Shown here: piece by piece, positions 63,039 to 64,000 of the stretch
Layout of the letters: each line of letters begins with the position of its first letter
Numbering within the stretch: the stretch's first letter is position 1
Origin: Chthoniobacterales bacterium
GTDB lineage: Bacteria; Verrucomicrobiota; Verrucomicrobiia; Chthoniobacterales; UBA10450
DNA: 64,000 bases
Direction: 5' to 3'
Assembly (NCBI GenBank): GCA_036498205.1
Contig: DASXIC010000015.1
Location: forward strand, 152-64,151
Made by a program: the position numbers and the translations under genes
The notes under the pieces: model-generated
The model's database searches: none
What the model saw: only the letters and a program-made list of their open reading frames with translations
What the model was told of the DNA's origin: nothing

Positions 63039-63608
63039 ATGGCACCACCAAATACCAGACGACCCGAGCGCAACACCGACAAAACTGCCGCGGCGCGAGG
63101 CGACACGACTGAAAAAGTCGTGTTTATTAACCGGTGCGCCAAGGTGGTGAAGGGTGGCCGTCGTTTTAGCTTCAGCGCTCTCATTGTTGCGGGCGACCAC
63201 GACGGCAAGGTGGGCGTCGGTTTTGGCAAAGCTAACGAAGTCGCGGAAGCAATCCGCAAAGCTTCGGACGCGGCGCGCAAATCGATGGAGAAAGTTTCGC
63301 TGCATGAGAACACGATCCCGCACGAGACAATCGGCGAGTTCGGAGGGGGACGCGTCTTGTTGCGTCCGGCGTCACCTGGCACCGGCGTGATCGCGGGTGG
63401 CGGAGTGCGAGCGGTAGTGGAAGCGGCGGGAATTCGGGATGTGCTGGCCAAGTCGCTCGGATCGAGCAACCACGCGAACGTGGTTAAAGCGACGATTGAG
63501 GCCCTGCGAAATTTGCGACGGCGCGACGAAATTTTAAAAATGCGCGGAATCCGTTCGCACGTAAATGCGCCAGCGGATGGAAAGGTAAACGATGTTGCGG
63601 CTTCATAA
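63039..63608 (+). CDS. rpsE: 30S ribosomal protein S5
   Basis: [44 protein letters not shown]. Confidence 0.95.
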   Translation: MAPPNTRRPERNTDKTAAARGDTTEKVVFINRCAKVVKGGRRFSFSALIVAGDHDGKVGVGFGKANEVAEAIRKASDAARKSMEKVSLHENTIPHETIGEFGGGRVLLRPASPGTGVIAGGGVRAVVEAAGIRDVLAKSLGSSNHANVVKATIEALRNLRRRDEILKMRGIRSHVNAPADGKVNDVAAS

Positions 63609-64000
63609 CCTGCGGCCGCGGCCGGGATCACGGCATCGAACAAAGCGACTGGGAATCGGGGAAAGCTCGGGGCATGGCAAAACGAGCGGCAAAGGTCACA
63701 AGGGACAGAAAGCACGCTCGGGTGGAAGCATTCGGCTGGGTTTCGAAGGCGGACAAATGCCGCTCATTCGACGCCTGCCCAAGCGTGGATTTAACAACGC
63801 CGCGTTTCACAAACGGTATGCCATCGTCAATCTCTCCGACCTCAACAGTTTTAAAAGCGGCAGCATAGTTGACGAAGAGTCGTTGCGAACGGCGAAGCTG
63901 ATTCGTGGAGATTTTTATGGGATCAAAATTCTCGGCGATGGGGAGTTGAGGCACGAGTTGACTGTGCGTGTGGAGAAGGTGAGCGCATCCGCTCGTCAGA
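63592..64000 (+). CDS. rplO: 50S ribosomal protein L15 (3' end outside the window)
   Basis: Not in the ORF track because there is no stop inside the window. My translation from the ATG at 63592 is [69 protein letters not shown]... It overlaps the rpsE end by 17 nt. Confidence 0.9.
   Translation, partial: MLRLHNLRPRPGSRHRTKRLGIGESSGHGKTSGKGHKGQKARSGGSIRLGFEGGQMPLIRRLPKRGFNNAAFHKRYAIVNLSDLNSFKSGSIVDEESLRTAKLIRGDFYGIKILGDGELRHELTVRVEKVSASARQ

Noticed and set aside
1-64000. CRISPR arrays, IS elements/transposases, toxin-antitoxin pairs, restriction-modification or known phage-defence genes.
   Set aside because: No regularly spaced repeats were found. The ORF set contains no transposase, integrase, nuclease or methylase motifs that I recognised. 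Apart from the items listed as findings, the window is core-genome-like.

Overview
A gene-dense, mostly housekeeping chromosomal segment of a moderately GC-rich bacterium. I see no rRNA, CRISPR array, transposase, integrase or prophage genes. The ribosomal gene order suggests the PVC superphylum, probably Verrucomicrobiota, with low confidence: fusA overlaps rpsJ with no tuf, there is no rpsN between rplE and rpsH, and no rpmD.

Content from left to right:
- ECF sigma factor tail plus a putative anti-sigma factor, then tRNA-Met(CAU).
- A bacterial lipase-maturation-factor homologue, an Aas-like acyltransferase/acyl-ACP synthetase, and a divergent MFS transporter.
- A TMTC-like GT-C/TPR protein upstream of a secreted PRC-barrel protein with a Ser/Thr/Ala/Pro-rich tail, then an L,D-transpeptidase.
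- An RsmA(KsgA)-Nudix fusion, a DUF697-type protein, and tkt.
- A long minus-strand run: 2-oxoacid dehydrogenase E1alpha, E1beta and E2, a DUF1858-rhodanese protein, IscU, SufT, rplI and dnaB.
- smc, then an APC permease, ggt and a divergent M20 dipeptidase.
- An NlpC/P60 peptidase, queC-queF, two orphan proteins, apt and a large polytopic membrane protein.
- hemX-like, hemA, hemC and a cobA/hemD fusion, followed directly by a three-gene module: a GrpE-like protein, a lidless Hsp70, and a protein combining a J-like domain without HPD with an FGE-sulfatase-like domain that lacks the catalytic cysteines.
- rpsU, secDF, yajC, a GT-C glycosyltransferase lying between yajC and tgt, and tgt.
- The str/S10/spc ribosomal superoperon from rpsL to rplO, which runs off the window.

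The most unusual items are:
1. The GrpE-like/Hsp70/J-like-FGE-like module.
2. A 259-aa signal-peptide/coiled-coil ORF inserted flush between rpsS and rplV.
3. A family of REPIN-like inverted-repeat elements in three copies. One sits in the rpsG-fusA spacer and is bracketed by a 32-nt duplication of the rpsG 3' end. Another supplies the tkt stop codon.
4. The RsmA-Nudix fusion.

All functional calls rest on motif recognition by eye. No searches were run.
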